From Eledone cirrhosa (lineage: Eukaryota): a stretch of 64,000 nucleotides of DNA. This document shows positions 18,001 through 36,000 of the stretch, piece after piece (the first letter of the stretch is position 1; the number at the start of each line of letters is the position of its first letter). The stretch spans positions 39,804,001-39,868,000 of the forward strand of contig OZ024740.1 of assembly GCA_964016885.1 (NCBI GenBank), given 5' to 3'. The notes beneath the pieces are model-generated. The model searched no databases. It had not been told where the DNA came from and saw only the letters and a program-made list of their open reading frames with translations. The translations under genes were made by a program, and so were the position numbers.

Positions 18001-21000
18001 TACACCACACTCAATATTGAGTTAACATACAACCGTGTACACCACACTCAATATTGAGTTAACACACAACTGTGTACACCACACTGAATATTGAGTTAAC
18101 ATACGACTGTGTACACCACACTCAATATTGAGTTAACATACAACTGTGTACACCACACTCAATATTGAGTTAACATACAACTGTGTACACCACATTCAAT
18201 ATTGAGTTAACATACAACTGTGTACCCCACACTGAATATTGAGTTAACATACAACTGTGTACACCACACTCAATATTGAGTTAACATACAACTGTGTACA
18301 CCACACTCAATATTAGGTTAACATACAACTGTGTACCCCACACTCAATATTGAGTTAATATACAACTGTGTACACCACACTCAATATTGAGTTAAAATAC
18401 AACTGTGTACACCACACTCAATATTGAGTTAACATACAACTGTTTACACCACACTCAATATTGAGTTAACATACAACTGTGTACCCCATACTCAATATTG
18501 AGTTAACATACAACTGTGTACACCACACTCAATATAGAGTTAACATACAACTGTTTACCCCACACTCAATATTGAGTTAACATACAACTGTGTACACCAC
18601 ACTCAATATTGAGTGAACATACAACTGTGTACCCCACACTGAATATTGAGTTAACATACAACTGTGTACACCACACTCAATATTGAGTTAACATACAACT
18701 GTTTACACCACACTCAATATTGAGTTAACATACAACTGTGTACACCACACTGAATATTGAGTTAACATACAACTGTTTACACCACACTCAATATTGAGTT
18801 AACATACAACTGTGTACACCACACTCAATGTTGAGTTAACATACAACTGTGTACACCACACTCAATATTGAGTTAACATACAACTGTGTACACGACACTC
18901 AATATTGAGTTAACATACAACTGTGTACACCACACTGAATATTGAGTTAACATACAACTGTGTACCCCACACTGAATATTGAGTTAACATACAAATGTGT
19001 ACACCACACTCAATATTGAGTTAACATACAACTGTGTACAGCACACTGAATATTGAGTTAACATACAACTGTGTACACCACACTCAATATTGAGTTAACA
19101 TACAACTGTGTACACCACACTCAATATTGAGTTAACGTACAACTGTGTACACCACATTCAATATTGAGTTAACATACAACTGTGTACACCACACTCAATA
19201 TTTAGTTAACGTACAACTGTGTACACCACACTCAATATTGAGTTAACATACAACTGTGTACACCACACTCAATATTGAGTTAACATACAACTGTGTACAC
19301 CACATTCAATATTGAGTTAACATACAACTGTGTACACCACACTCAATATTGAGTTAACATACAATTGTGTACACCACACTCAATATTGAGTTAACATACA
19401 ACTGTGTACACCACACTCAATATTGAGTTAACATACAATTGTGTACACCACACTCAATATTGAGTTAACATACAATTGTGTACACCACACTCAATATTGA
19501 GTTAACATACAACTGTGTACACCACACTCAATATTGAGTTAACATACAATTGTGTACACCACACTCAATATTGAGTTAACATACAACTGTGTACACCACA
19601 CTCAATATTGAGTTAACATACAACTGTGTACACCACACTCAATATTGAGTTAACATACAACTGTGTACACCACACTCAATATTGAGTTAACATACAACTG
19701 TGTACCCCACACTGAATATTGAGCTAACATACAACTGTGTACATCACACTCAATATTGAGTTAACATACAACTGTGTACCCCACACTCAATATTGAGTTA
19801 ACATACAACTGTGTACACCACACTCAATATTGAGTTAACATACAACTGTGTACACCACACTCAATATTGAGTTAACATACAACTGTGTACACCACACTCA
19901 ATATTGATTTAACATACAACTGTGTACACCACACTCAATATTGAGTTAACATAAAACTGTGTACACCACACTGAATATTGAGTTAACATACAACTGTGTA
20001 TACTACACTCAATATTGAGTTAACACACAACTGTGTACACCACACTGAATATTGAGTTAACATACAACTGTGTACACCACACTCAATATTGAGTTAACAT
20101 ACAACTGTGTACACCACACTCAATATTGAGTTAACATACAACTGTGTACACCACACTCAATATTGAGTTAACATACAACTGGGTACACCACACTCAATAT
20201 TGATTTAACATACAACTGTGTACACCACACTCAATATTGAGTTAACATACAACTGTGTACACCACACTCAATATTGAGTTAACATACAACTGTGTACACC
20301 ACACTCAATATTGAGTTAACATACAACTGTGTACACCACACTCAATATTGAGTTAACATACAACTGTGTACACCACACTCAATATTGAGTTAACATACAA
20401 CTGTGTACACCACACTGAATATTGAGTTAACATACAACTGTGTACACCACACTCAATATTGAGTTAACATACAACTGTGTACACCACACTGAATATTGAG
20501 TTAACATACAACTGTGTACACCACACTCAATATTGAGTTAACATACAACTGTATACACCACACTGAATATTGAGTTAACATACAACTGTGTACACCACAC
20601 TCAATATTGAGTTAACATACAACTGTGTACACCACACTCAATATTGAGTTAACATACAACTGTGTACACCACACTCAATATTGAGTTAACATACAACTGT
20701 GTACACCACACTCAATATTGAGTTAACATACAACTGTGTACACCACACTCAATATTGAGTTAACATACAACTGTGTACACCACACTCAATATTGAGTTAA
20801 CATACAACTGTGTACACCACACTCAATATTGAGTTAACATACAACTGTGTACACCACACTGAATATTGAGTTAACATACAACTGTGTACACCACACTCAA
20901 TATTGAGTTAACATACAACTGTGTACACCACACTCAATATTGAGTTAACATACAACTGTGTACACCACACTCAATATTGAGTGAACATACAACTGTGTAC

Positions 21001-24000
21001 ACCACACTGAATATTGAGTTAACATACAACTGTGTACACCACACTCAATATTGAGTTAACGTACAACTGTGTACACCATACTCAATATTGAATTAACATA
21101 CAACTGTGTACACCACACTCAATATTGAGTGAACATACAACTGTGTACACCACACTGAATATTGAGTTAACATACAACTGTGTACACCACACTCAATATT
21201 GAGTGAACATACAACTGTGTACACCACACTGAATATTGATTTAACATACAACTGTGTACACCACACTCAATATTGAGTTAACATAAAACTGTGTACACCA
21301 CACTCAATATTGAGTTAACATACAACTGTGTACAGCACACTCAATATTGAGTTAACATACCACTGTGTACACCACACTGAATATTGAGTTAACATACAAC
21401 TGTGTACACCACACTCAATATTGAGTTAACATACAACTGTGTACACCACATTGAATATTGAGTTAACATACAACTGTGTACACCACACTCAATATTGAGT
21501 TAACATACAACTGTGTACACCACACTCAATATTGAGTTAACATACAACTGTGTACACCACACTCAATATTAAGTTAACATACAACTGGGTACAACACACT
21601 GAATATTGAGTTAACATACGACTGTGTACACCACATTGAATATTGAGTTAACATACAACTGTGTACACCACACTGAATATTGAGTTAACATACGACTGTG
21701 TACACCACACTGAATATTGAGTTAACGTACAACTGTGTACACCACACTCAATATTGAGTTAACATACAACTGTGTACCCCACACTGAATATTGAGTTAAC
21801 ATACAACTGTGTACACCACACTGAATATTGAGTTAACATACAACTGTGTACACCACACTCAATATTGAGTTAACATACAACTGTGTACACCACACTCAAT
21901 ATTGAGTTAACATACAACTGTTTACACCACACTCAATATTGAGTTAACATACAACTGTGTACACCACACTCAATATTGAGTTAACATACAACTGTGTACA
22001 CCACACTAAATATTGAGTTAACATACAACTGTGTACAACATACTCAATATTGAGTTAACATACAACTGTGTACACCACACTCAATATTGAGTTAACATAC
22101 AACTGTGTACACCACACTCAATATTGTGTTAACATACAACCGTGTACACCACACTCAATATTGAGTTAACATACAACCGTGTACACCACACTCAATATTG
22201 AGTTAACACACAACTGTGTACACCACACTCAATATTGAGTTAACATACAACTGTGTACACCACACTCAATATTGAGTTAACATACAACTGTGTACCCCAC
22301 ACTCAATATTGAGTTAACATACAACTGTGTACCCCACACTCAATATTGAGTTAACATACAACTGTGTACACCACACTCAATATTAGGTTAACATACAACT
22401 GTGTACCCCACATTCAATATTGAGTTAACATACAACTGTGCACACCACACTCAATATTAGGTTAACATACAACTGTGTACCCCACACTCAATATTGAGTT
22501 AACACACAACTGTGTACACCACACTCAATATTGAGTTAACATACAACTGTGTACACCACACGCAATATTAAGTTAACATACAACTGTGTACACCACACTC
22601 AATATTGAGTTAACATACAACTGTGTACACCACACTCAATATTAGGTTAACATACAACTGTGTACCCCACACTCAATATTGAGTTAACATACAACTGTGT
22701 ACACCACACTCAATATTGAGTTAACATACAACTGTGTACACCATACTCAATATTGAGTTAACATACAACTGTGTACACCACACTCAATATTGAGTTAACA
22801 TACAACTGTGTACACCACACTCAATACTGAGTTAACGTACAACTGTGTACACCACACTCAATATTGAGTTAACATACAACTGTGTACACCACACTCAATA
22901 TTGAGTTAACGTACAACTGTGTACACCACACTCAATATTGAGTTAACGTACAACTGTGTACACCATACTCAATATTGAATTAACATACAACTGTGTACAC
23001 CACACTCAATATTGAGTTAACATACAACTGTGTACACCACACTCAATATTGAGTTAACGTACAACTGTGTACACCACACTCAATATTGAATTAACATACA
23101 ACTGTGTACACCACACTCAATATTGAATTAACATACAACTGTGTACACCACACTCAATATTGAGTTAACGTACAACTGTGTACACCATACTCAATATTGA
23201 ATTAACATACAACTGTGTACACCACACTCAATATTGAGTGAACATACAACTGTGTACACTACACTCAATATTGAGTTAACATACAACTGTGTACACCACA
23301 CTGAATATTGAGTTAACATACAACTGTGTACACCACACTCAATATTGAGTTAACATACAACTGTGTACACCACACTCAATATTGAGTTAACATACAACTG
23401 GGTACAACACACTGAATATTGAGTTAACATACAACTGTGTACACCACACTCAATATTGAGTTAACATACAACTGTGTACACCACACTCAATATTGAGTTA
23501 ACATACAACTGTGTACAGCACACTGAATATTGAGTTAACATACAACTGTGTACACCACACTCAATATTGAGTTAACATACAACTGTGTACAGCACACTGA
23601 ATATTGAGTTAACACACAACTGTGTACACCACACTCAATATTGAGTTAACATACAACTGTGTACAGCACACTGAATATTGAGTTAACACACAACTGTGTA
23701 CACCACACTCAATATTGAGTTAAGATACAACTGTGTACAGCACACTGAATATTGAGTTAACACACAACTGTGTACACCACACTCAATATTGAGTTAACAT
23801 AAAACTGTGTACACCACACTCAATATTGAGTTAACATACAACTGTGTACACCACACTCAATATTAAGTTAACATACAAATGTGTACACCACACTCAATAT
23901 TGAGTGAACATACAACTGTGTACACCACACTCAATATTGAGTTAACGTACAACTGTGTACCCCACACTCAATATTGAGTTAACATACAACTGTGTACCCC

Positions 24001-27000
24001 ACACTCAATATTGAGTTAACATACAACTGTGTACACCACACTCAATATTAAGTTAACATACAACTGTGTACACCACACTCAATATTGAGTTAAGATACAA
24101 CTGTGTACACCACACTCAATATTGAGTTAACATACAACTGGGTACAACACACTGAATATTGAGTTAACATACAACTGTGTACACCACACTCAATATTGAG
24201 TTAACATACAACTGTGTACACCACACTCAATATTGAGTTAACATACAACTGTGTACAGCACACTGAATATTGAGTTAACATACAACTGTGTACACCACAC
24301 TCAATATTGAGTTAACATACAACTGTGTACAGCACACTGAATATTGAGTTAACACACAACTGTGTACACCACACTCAATATTGAGTTAACATACAACTGT
24401 GTACAGCACACTGAATATTGAGTTAACACACAACTGTGTACACCACACTCAATATTGAGTTAACATACAACTGTGTACAGCACACTGAATATTGAGTTAA
24501 CACACAACTGTGTACACCACACTCAATATTGAGTTAACATAAAACTGTGTACACCACACTCAATATTGAGTTAACATACAACTGTGTACACCACACTCAA
24601 TATTAAGTTAACATACAACTGTGTACACCACACTCAATATTGAGTGAACATACAACTGTGTACACCACACTCAATATTGAGTTAACGTACAACTGTGTAC
24701 CCCACACTCAATATTGAGTTAACATACAACTGTGTACCCCACACTCAATATTGAGTTAACATACAACTGTGTACACCACACTCAATATTGAGTGAACATA
24801 CAATTGTGTACACCACACTCAATATTGAGTTAACATACAACTGTGTACACCACACTCAATATTGAGTTAACATAAAACTGTGCACACCACACTCAATATT
24901 GAGTTAACATACAACTGTGTACACCACACTCAATATTGAGTTAACATAAAACTGTGCACACCACACTCAATATTGAGTTAACATAAAACTGTGCACACCA
25001 CACTCAATATTGAGTTAACATACAACTGTGTACACCACACTCAATATTGAGTTAACATAAAACTGTGCACACCACACTCAATATTGAGTTAACATACAAC
25101 TGTGTACACCACACTCAATATTGAGTTAACATACAACTGTGTACACCACACTGAATATTGAGTTAACATACAACTGTGCACACCACACTCAATATTGAGT
25201 TAACATAAAACTGTGCACACCACACTCAATATTGAGTTAACATACAACTGTGTACACCACACTCAATATTGAGTTAACATACAACTGTGTACACCACACT
25301 GAATATTGAGTTAACATACAACTGTGTACACCACACTCAATATTGAGTTAACATACAACTGTGTACACCACACTGAATATTGAGTTAACATACAACTGTA
25401 TACACCACACTCAATATTGAGTTAACACACAACTGTGTACACCACACTCAATATTGAGTTAACATACAACTGTGTACACCACACTCAATATTGAGTTAAC
25501 ATACAACTGTGTACACCACACTCAATATTGAGTTAACATACAACTGTGTACACCACACTCAATATTGAGTTAACATACAACTGTGTACACCACACTCAAT
25601 ATTGAGCTAACATACAACTGTGTACACCACACTCAATATTGAGTTAACATACAACTGTGTACACCACACTCAATATTGAGCTAACATACAACTGTGTACA
25701 CCACACTCAATATTGAGTTAATATACAACTGTGTACACCACACTCAATATTGAGTTAAAATACAACTGTGTACACCACACTCAATATTGAGTTAACATAC
25801 AACTGTGTACACCACACTCAATATTGAGTTAACATACAACTGTGTACACCACACTCAATATTGAGTTAACATACAACTGAGTACACCACACTCTATATTG
25901 TGTTAACATACAACTGTGTACACCACACTCAATATTGAGTTAACGTACAACTGTGTACACCACACTCAATATTGAGTTAACATACAACTGTGTACACCAC
26001 ACTCAATATTGAGTTAACATACAACTGTGAACACCACACTCAATATTGAGTTAACATACAACTGTGTACACCACACTCAATATTGAGTTAACATACAACT
26101 GAGTACACCACACTCAATATTGAGTTAACATATAACTGTGAACACCACACTCAATATTGAGTTAACATACAACTGTGTACACCACACTCAATATTGAGTT
26201 AACATACAACTGAGTACACCACACTCAATATTGAGTTAACATATAACTGTGAACACCACACTCAATATTGAGTTAACATACAACTGTGAACACCACACTC
26301 AATATTGAGTTAACATACAACTGTGAACACCACACTCAATATTGAGTTAACATATAACTGTGTACACCACACTCAATATTGAGTTAACATACAACTGTGT
26401 ACACCACACTCAATATTGAGTTAACGTACAACTGTGTACACCATACTCAATATTGAATTAACATACAACTGTGTACACCACACTCAATATTGAGTTAACA
26501 TACAACTGTGTACACCACACTCAATATTGAGTTAACATACAACTGTGTACACCACACTCAATATTGAGTTAACATACAACTGTGTACACCACACTCAATA
26601 TTGAGTTAACATACAACTGTGTACACCACACTCAATATTGAGTTAACATACAACTGTGTACACCACACTCAATATTGAGTTAACATACAACTGTGTACAA
26701 CATACTCAATATTGAGTTAACATACAACTGTGTACACCACACTCAATATTGAGTTAACATACAACTGTGTACACCACACTCAATATTGAGTTAACATACA
26801 ACCGTGTACACCACACTCAATATTGAGTTAACATACAACCGTGTACACCACACTCAATATTGAGTTAACACACAACTGTGTACACCACACTGAATATTGA
26901 GTTAACATACAACTGTGTACACCACACTCAATATTGAGTTAACATACAACTGTGTACACCACACTCAATATTGAGTTAACATACAACTGTGTACACCACA

Positions 27001-30000
27001 CTCAATATTGAGTTAACATACAACTGTGTACACCACACTCAATATTGAGTTAACATACAACTGTGTACACCACACTCAATATTGAGTTAACATACAACTG
27101 TGTACACCACACTCAATATTGAGTTAACATACAACTGTGTACACCACACTCAATATTGAGTTAACATACAACTGTGTACCCCACACTCAATATTGAGTTA
27201 ATATACAACTGTGTACACCACACTCAATATTGAGTGAACATACAACTGTGTACCCCACACTCAATATTGAGTTAACATACAACTGTTTACACCACACTCA
27301 ATATTGAGTTAACATACAACTGTGTACACCACACTGAATATTGAGTTAACATACAACTGTGTACATCACACTCAATATTGAGTTAACATACAACTGTGTA
27401 CATCACACTCAATATTGAGTTAACATACAACTGTGTACACCACACTCAATATTGAGTTAACGTACAACTGTGTACACCACACTCAATATTGAGTTAATAT
27501 ACAACTGTGTACACCACACTCAATATTGAGTTAACATACAACTGTGTACCCCACACTCAATATTGAGTTAACATACAACTGTGTGCACCACACTGAATAT
27601 TGAGTTAACATACAACTGTGTACATCACACTCAATATTGAGTTAACATACAACTGTGTACCCCACACTGAATATTGAGCTAACATAAAACTGTGTACATC
27701 ACACTCAATATTGAGTTAACATACAACTGTGTACACCACACTCAATATTGAGTTAACATACAACTGTGTACACCACACTGAATATTGAGTTAACATACAA
27801 CTGTGTACATCACACTCAATATTAAGTTAACATACAACTGTGTACAGCACACTGAATATTGAGCTAACATACAACTGTGTACATCACACTCAATATTGAG
27901 TTAACATACAACTGTGTACACCACACTAAATATTGAGTTAACATACAACTGTGTACCCCACACTGAATATTGAGCTAACATACAACTGTGTACATCACAC
28001 TCAATATTGAGTTAACATACAACTGTGTACACCACACTCAATATTGAGTTAACATACAACTGTGTACCCCACACTGAATATTGAGCTAACATACAACTGT
28101 GTACACCACACTCAATATTGAGTTAACATACAACTGTGTACACCACACTCAATATTGAGTTAACATACAACTGTGTACCCCACACTGAATATTAAGCTAA
28201 CATACAACTGTGTACATCACACTCAATATTGAGTTAACATACAACTGTGTACACCACACTCAATATTGAGTTAACATACAACTGTGTACACCACACTCAA
28301 TATTGAGTTAACATACAACTGTGTACACCACACTCAATATTGAGTTAACATACAACTGTGTACCCCACACTCAATATTGAGTTAACATACAACTCTGTAC
28401 ACCACACTGAATATTGAGTTAACATACAACTGTGTACACCACACTCAATATTGAGTTAACATACAACTGTGTACAACATACTCAATATTGATTTAACGTA
28501 CAACTGTTTACACCACACTCAATATTGAGTTAACATACAACTGTGTACACCACACTCAATATTGAGTTAACATACAACTGTATACACCACACTCAATATT
28601 GATTTAACGTACAACTGTGTACACCACACTCAATATTGAGTTAACATACAACTGTGTACACCACACTCAATATTGAGTTAACATACAACTGTGTACACCA
28701 CACTCAATATTGAGTTAACGTACAACTGTGTACACCACACTCAATATTGAGTTAACGTACAACTGTGTACACCATACTCAATATTGAGTTAACATACAAC
28801 TGTGTACACCACACTCAATATTGAGTGAACATACAACTGTGTACACCACACTCAATATTGAGTTAACATACAACTGTGTACACCACACTCAATATTGAGT
28901 GAACATACAACTGTGTACACCACACGCAATATTGAGTTAACATACAACTGTGTACACCACACGCAATATTGAGTTAACATACAACTGTGTACACCACACT
29001 CAATATTGAGTTAACATAAAACTGTGTACACCACACTCAATATTGAGTTAACATACAACTGTGTACACCACACTCAATATTGAGTTAACATACAACTGTG
29101 TACCCCAAACTCAATATTGAGTTAACATATAACTGTGTACACCACACTGAATATTGAGTTAACATACAACTGTGCACACCACACTCAATATTGAGTTAAC
29201 ATACAACTGTGTACACCACACTCAATATTGAGTTAACATACAACTGTGTACCCCACACTGAATATTGAGTTAACATACAACTGTGTACACCACACTCAAT
29301 ATTGAGTGAACATACAACTGTGTACACCACACTCAATATTGAGTTAACATACAACTGTGTACACCACACTCAATATTGAGTTAACATACAACTGTGTACA
29401 CCACACTGAATATTGAGTTAACATACAACTGTGTACACCACACTCAATATTGAGTTAACATACAACTGTGTACACCACACTCAATATTGTGTTAACATAC
29501 AACTGTGTACACCACACTCAATATTGAGTTAACATACAACTGTGTACAGCACACTCAATATTGAGTTAACATACAACTGTGTACAACATACTCAATATTG
29601 AGTTAACATACAACTGTGTACACCACACTCAATATTGAGTTAACATACAACTGTGTACCGCACACTCAATATTGAGTTAACATACAACGGTGTACCCCAA
29701 ACTCAATATTGAGTTAACACACAACTGTGTACACCACACTGAATATTGAGCTAACATACAACTGTGTACACCACACTCAATATTGAGTTAACATACAACT
29801 GTGTACACCACACTCAATATTGAGTTAATATACAACTGTGTACACCACACTCAATATTAAGTTAACATACAACTGTGTACCCCACACTGAATATTGAGTT
29901 AACATACAACTGTGTACACCACACTCAATATTGAGTTAACATAAAACTGTGTACACCACACTCAATATTGAGTTAACACACAACTGTGTACACCACACTG

Positions 30001-33000
30001 AATATTGAGTTAACATACAACTGTGTACCCCACACTCAATATTGAGATAACGTACAACTGTGTACACCACACTCAATATTGAGTTAACATACAACTGTTT
30101 ACACCACACTCAATATTGAGTTAACATACAACTGTGTACACCACACTCAATATTGAGTTAACATACAACTGTGTACACCACACTCAATATTGAGTGAACA
30201 TACAACTGTGTACACCACACTCAATATTGAGTGAACATACAACTGTGTACACCACACTCAATATTGAGTTAACATACAACTGTGTACACCACACTCAATA
30301 TTGAGTTAACATACAACTATGTACACCACACTCAATATTGAGTTAACATACAACTGTGTACACCACACTCAATATTGAGTTAACATACAACTGTGTACAC
30401 CACACTCAATATTGAGTTAACATACAACTGTGTACACCACACTCAATATTGAGTGAACATACAACTGTGTACACCACACTCAATATTGAGTGAACATACA
30501 ACTGTGTACACCACACTCAATATTGAGTGAACATACAACTGTGTACACCACACTCAATATTGAGTTAACATACAACTGTGTACACTACACTCAATATTGA
30601 GTTAACATACAACTGTGTACACCATACTCAATATTGAGTTAACATACAACTGTGTACACCACACTCAATATTGAGTTAACATACAACTGTGTACACCACA
30701 CTCAATATTGAGTTAACATACAACTGTGTACACCACACTCAATATTAAGTTAACACACAACTGTGTACACCACACTCAATATTGAGTTAACATACAACTG
30801 TGTACACCACACTCAATATTGAGCTAACATACAACTGTGTACACCACACTCAATATTGAGTTAACATACAACTGTGTACACCACACTCAATATTAAGTTA
30901 ACACACAACTGTGTACACCACACTCAATATTGAGTTAACATACAACTGTGTACACCACACTCAATATTGAGTTAACATACAACTGTGTACACCACACTCA
31001 ATATTGAGTTAACACACAACTGTGTACACCACACTCAATATTGAGTTAACATACAACTGTGTACACCACACTCAATATTAAGTTAACACACAACTGTGTA
31101 CACCACACTCAATATTGAGTTAACATACAACTGTGTACACCACACTCAATATTGAGCTAACATACAACTGTGTACACCACACTCAATATTGAGTTAACAT
31201 ACAACTGTGTACACCACACGCAATATTGAGTTAACATACAACTGTGTACCCCACACTGAATATTGAGTGAACATACAACTGTGTACACCACACTCAATAT
31301 TGAGTTAACATACAACTGTGTACACTACACTCAATATTGAGTTAACATACAACTGTTTACACTACACTCAATATTGAGTTAACATACAACTGTGTACACT
31401 ACACTCAATATTGAGTTAACATACAACTGTGTACACCATACTCAATATTGAGTTAACATAAAACTGTGTACACCACACTCAATGTTGAGTTAACACACAA
31501 CTGTGTACACCACACTGAATATTGAGTTAAAATACAACTGTGTACCCCACACTCAATATTGAGTTAACGTACAACTGTGTACACCACACTCAATATTGAG
31601 TTAACATACAACTGTGTACACCACACTGAATATTGAGTTAACATACAACTGTGTAACCCACACTGAATATTGAGTTAACATACAACTGTGTACACCACAC
31701 TCAATATTGAGTTAACATACAACTGTGTACCCCACACTCAATATTGAGTTAACATACAACTGTGTACACCACACTCAATATTGAGTTAACATACAACTGT
31801 GTAACCCACACTGAATATTGAGTTAACATACAACTGTGTACACCACACTCAATATTGAGTTAACATACAACTGTGTACACCACACTCAATATTGAGTTAA
31901 CATACAACTGTGTACCCCACACTCAATATTGAGTTAACACACAACTGTGTACACCACACTCAATATTGAGTTAACATACAACTGTGTACCCCACACTCAA
32001 TATTGAGTTAACATACAACTGTGTACACCACACTGAATATTGAGTTAACATACAACTGTGTAACCCACACTGAATATTGAGTTAACATACAACTGTGTAC
32101 ACCACACTCAATATTGAGTTAACATAAAACTGTGCACACCACACTCAATATTGAGTTAACATACAACTGTGTACACCACACTCAATATTAAGTTAACATA
32201 CAACTGTGTACACCACACTCAATATTAAGTTAACATACAACTGTGTACACTACACTGAATATTGAGTTAACACACAACTGTGTACACCACACTCAATATT
32301 GAGTTAACATACAACTGTGTACACCACACTCAATATTGAGTTAACGTACAACTGTGTACACCATACTCAATATTGAGTTAACATACAACTGTGTACACCA
32401 CACTCAATATTGAGTGAACATACAATTGTGTATACCACACGCAATATTGAGTTAACATACAACTGTGTACCCCACACTCAATATTGAGTTAACATACAAC
32501 TGTGTACACCACACTCAATATTGAGTTAACATACAACTGTGTACCCCACACTGAATATTGAGTTAACATACAACTGTGTACCCCACACTGAATATTGAGT
32601 TAACATACAACTGTGTACACCACACTCAATATTGAGTTAACATACAACTGTGTACACCACACTCAATATTGAGTTAACATACAACTGTGTACACCACACT
32701 CAATATTGAGTTAACATACAACTGTGTACCCCACACTCAATATTGAGTTAACATACAACTGTGTACCTCAAACTCAATATTGAGTTAAACACACAACTGT
32801 GTACACCACACTGAATATTGAGCTAACATACAACTGTGTACACCACACTCAATATTGAGTTAACATACAACTGTGTACACCACACTCAATATTGAGTTAA
32901 CATACAACTGTGTACACCACACTCAATATTGAGTTAACATACAACTGTGTACACCACACTCAATATTGAGTTAACATAAAACTGTGCACACCACACTCAA

Positions 33001-36000
33001 TATTAAGTTAACATACAACTGTGTACACCACACTCAATATTAAGTTAACATACAACTGTGTACACTATACTGAATATTGAGTTAACACACAACTGTGTAC
33101 ACCACACTCAATATTGAGTTAACATACAACTGTGTACACCACACTCAATATTGAGTTAACGTACAACTGTGTACACCATACTCAATATTGAGTTAACATA
33201 CAACTGTGTACACCACACTCAATATTGAGTGAACATACAATTGTGTACACCACACGCAATATTGAGTTAACATACAACTGTGTACACCACACTCAATATT
33301 GAGTTAACATAAAACTGTGTATACCACACTCAATATTGAGTTAACATACAACTGTGTACACCACACTCAATATTGAGTTAACATACAACTGTGTACACCA
33401 CACTGAATATTGAGTTAACATACAACTGTGTACACCACACTCAATATTGAGTTAACATACAACTGTGTACACCACACTCAATATTAAGTTAACATACAAC
33501 TGTGTACCCCACACTCAATATTGAGTTAACATACAACTGTGTACACCACACTGAATATTGAGTTAACATACAACTGTGTACACCACACTCAATATTGAGT
33601 TAACATACAACTGTGTACACCACACTCAATATTGAGTTAACATACAACTGTGTACCCCACACTCAATATTGAGTTAACATACAACTGTGTACACCATACT
33701 CAATATTGAGTTAACATACAACTGTGTACACCACACTCAATATTAAGTTAACATACAACTGTGTACCCCACACTCAATATTGAGTTAACATACAACTGGG
33801 TACAACACACTGAATATTGAGTTAACATACAACTGTGTACACCACACTCAATATTGAGTTAACATACAACTGTGTACACCACACTCAATATTGAGTTAAC
33901 ATACAACTGTGTACACCACACTCAATATTTAGTTAACATACAACTGTGTACCCCACACTCAATATTGAGTTAACATACAACTGTGTACACCACACTGAAT
34001 ATTGAGTTAACATACAACTGTGTACACCACACTCAATATTAAGTTAACATACAACTGTGTACCCCACACTCAATATTGAGTTAACATACAACTGGGTACA
34101 ACACACTGAATATTGAGTTAACATACAACTGTGTACACCACACTCAATATTGAGTTAACATACAACTGTGTACACCACACTCAATATTGTGTTAACATAC
34201 AACTGTGTACACCACACTCAATATTGAGTTAACATACAACTGTGTACAGCACACTCAATATTGATTTAACATACAACTGTGTACCCCACACTCAATATTC
34301 AGTTAACATACAACTGTGTACACCACACTCAATATTGAGTTAACATACAACTGTGTACAACATACTCAATATTGAGTTAACATACAACTGTGTACACCAC
34401 ACTCAATATTGAGTTAACATACAACTGTGTACACCACACTCAATATTGATTTAACATACAACTGTGTACCCCACACTCAATATTGAGTTAACATACAACT
34501 GTGTACACCACACTCAATATTGAGTTAACATACAACTGTGTACAACATACTCAATATTGAGTTAACATACAACTGTGTACAACATACTCAATATTGAGTT
34601 AACATACAACTGTGTACACCACACTCAATATTGAGTTAACATACAACTGTGTACACCACACTCAATATTGAGTTAACATACAACTGTGTACCCCAAACTC
34701 AATATTGAGTTAACATACAACTGTGTACCCCAAACTCAATATTGAGTTAACATACAACTGTGTACACCACACACAATATTGAGTTAACATACAACTGTGT
34801 ACACCACACTCAATATTGAGTTAACATACATCTGTGTACCCCACACTGAATATTGAGTTAACATACGACTGTGTACAGCACACTCAATATTGAGTTAACA
34901 TACAACTGTGTACACCACACTCAATATTGAGTTAACATACAACTGAGTACACCACACTCAATATTGAGTTAACATACATCTGTGTACCCCACACTGAATA
35001 TTGAGTTAACATACAACTGTGTACACCACACTCAATATTGAGTTAACATACAACTGTGTACCCCACACTGAATATTGAGTTAACATACGACTGTGTACAG
35101 CACACTCAATATTGAGTTAACATACAACTGTGTACACCACACTCAATATTGAGTAAACATACAACTGTGTACACCACACTCAATATGGAGTTAACATACA
35201 ACTGTGTACAACATACTCAATATTGAGTTAACATACAACTGTGTACTCCACACTCAATATTGAGTTAACATACAACTGTGTACCCCACACTCAATATTGA
35301 GTTAACATACAACTGTGTACACCACACTCAATATTGAGTTAACATACAACTGTGTACACCACACTCAATATTGAGTTAACATACAACTGTGTACACCACA
35401 CTCAATATTGAGTTAACATACAACTGTGTACACCACACTCAATATTGAGTTAACATACAACTGTGTACCCCACACTCAATATTGAGTTAACATACAACTG
35501 TGTACACCACACTCAATATTGAGTTAACATACAACTGTGTACACCACACTCAATATTGAGTTAACATAAAACTGTGCACACCACACTCAATATTAAGTTA
35601 ACATACAACTGTGTACACCACACTCAATATTAAGTTAACATACAACTGTGTACACTACACTGAATATTGAGTTAACACACAACTGTGTACACCACACTCA
35701 ATATTGAGTTAACATACAACTGTGTACCCCACACTCAATATTGAGTTAACATACAACTGTGTACCTCAAACTCAATATTGAGTTAACACACAACTGTGTA
35801 CACCACACTGAATATTGAGCTAACATACAACTGTGTACACCACACTCAATATTGAGTTAACATACAACTGTGTACACCACACTCAATATTGAGTTAACAT
35901 ACAACTGTGTACAGCACACTCAATATTGAGTTAACATACAACTGTGTACAACATACTCAATATTGAGTTAACATACAACTGTGTACACCACACTCAATAT

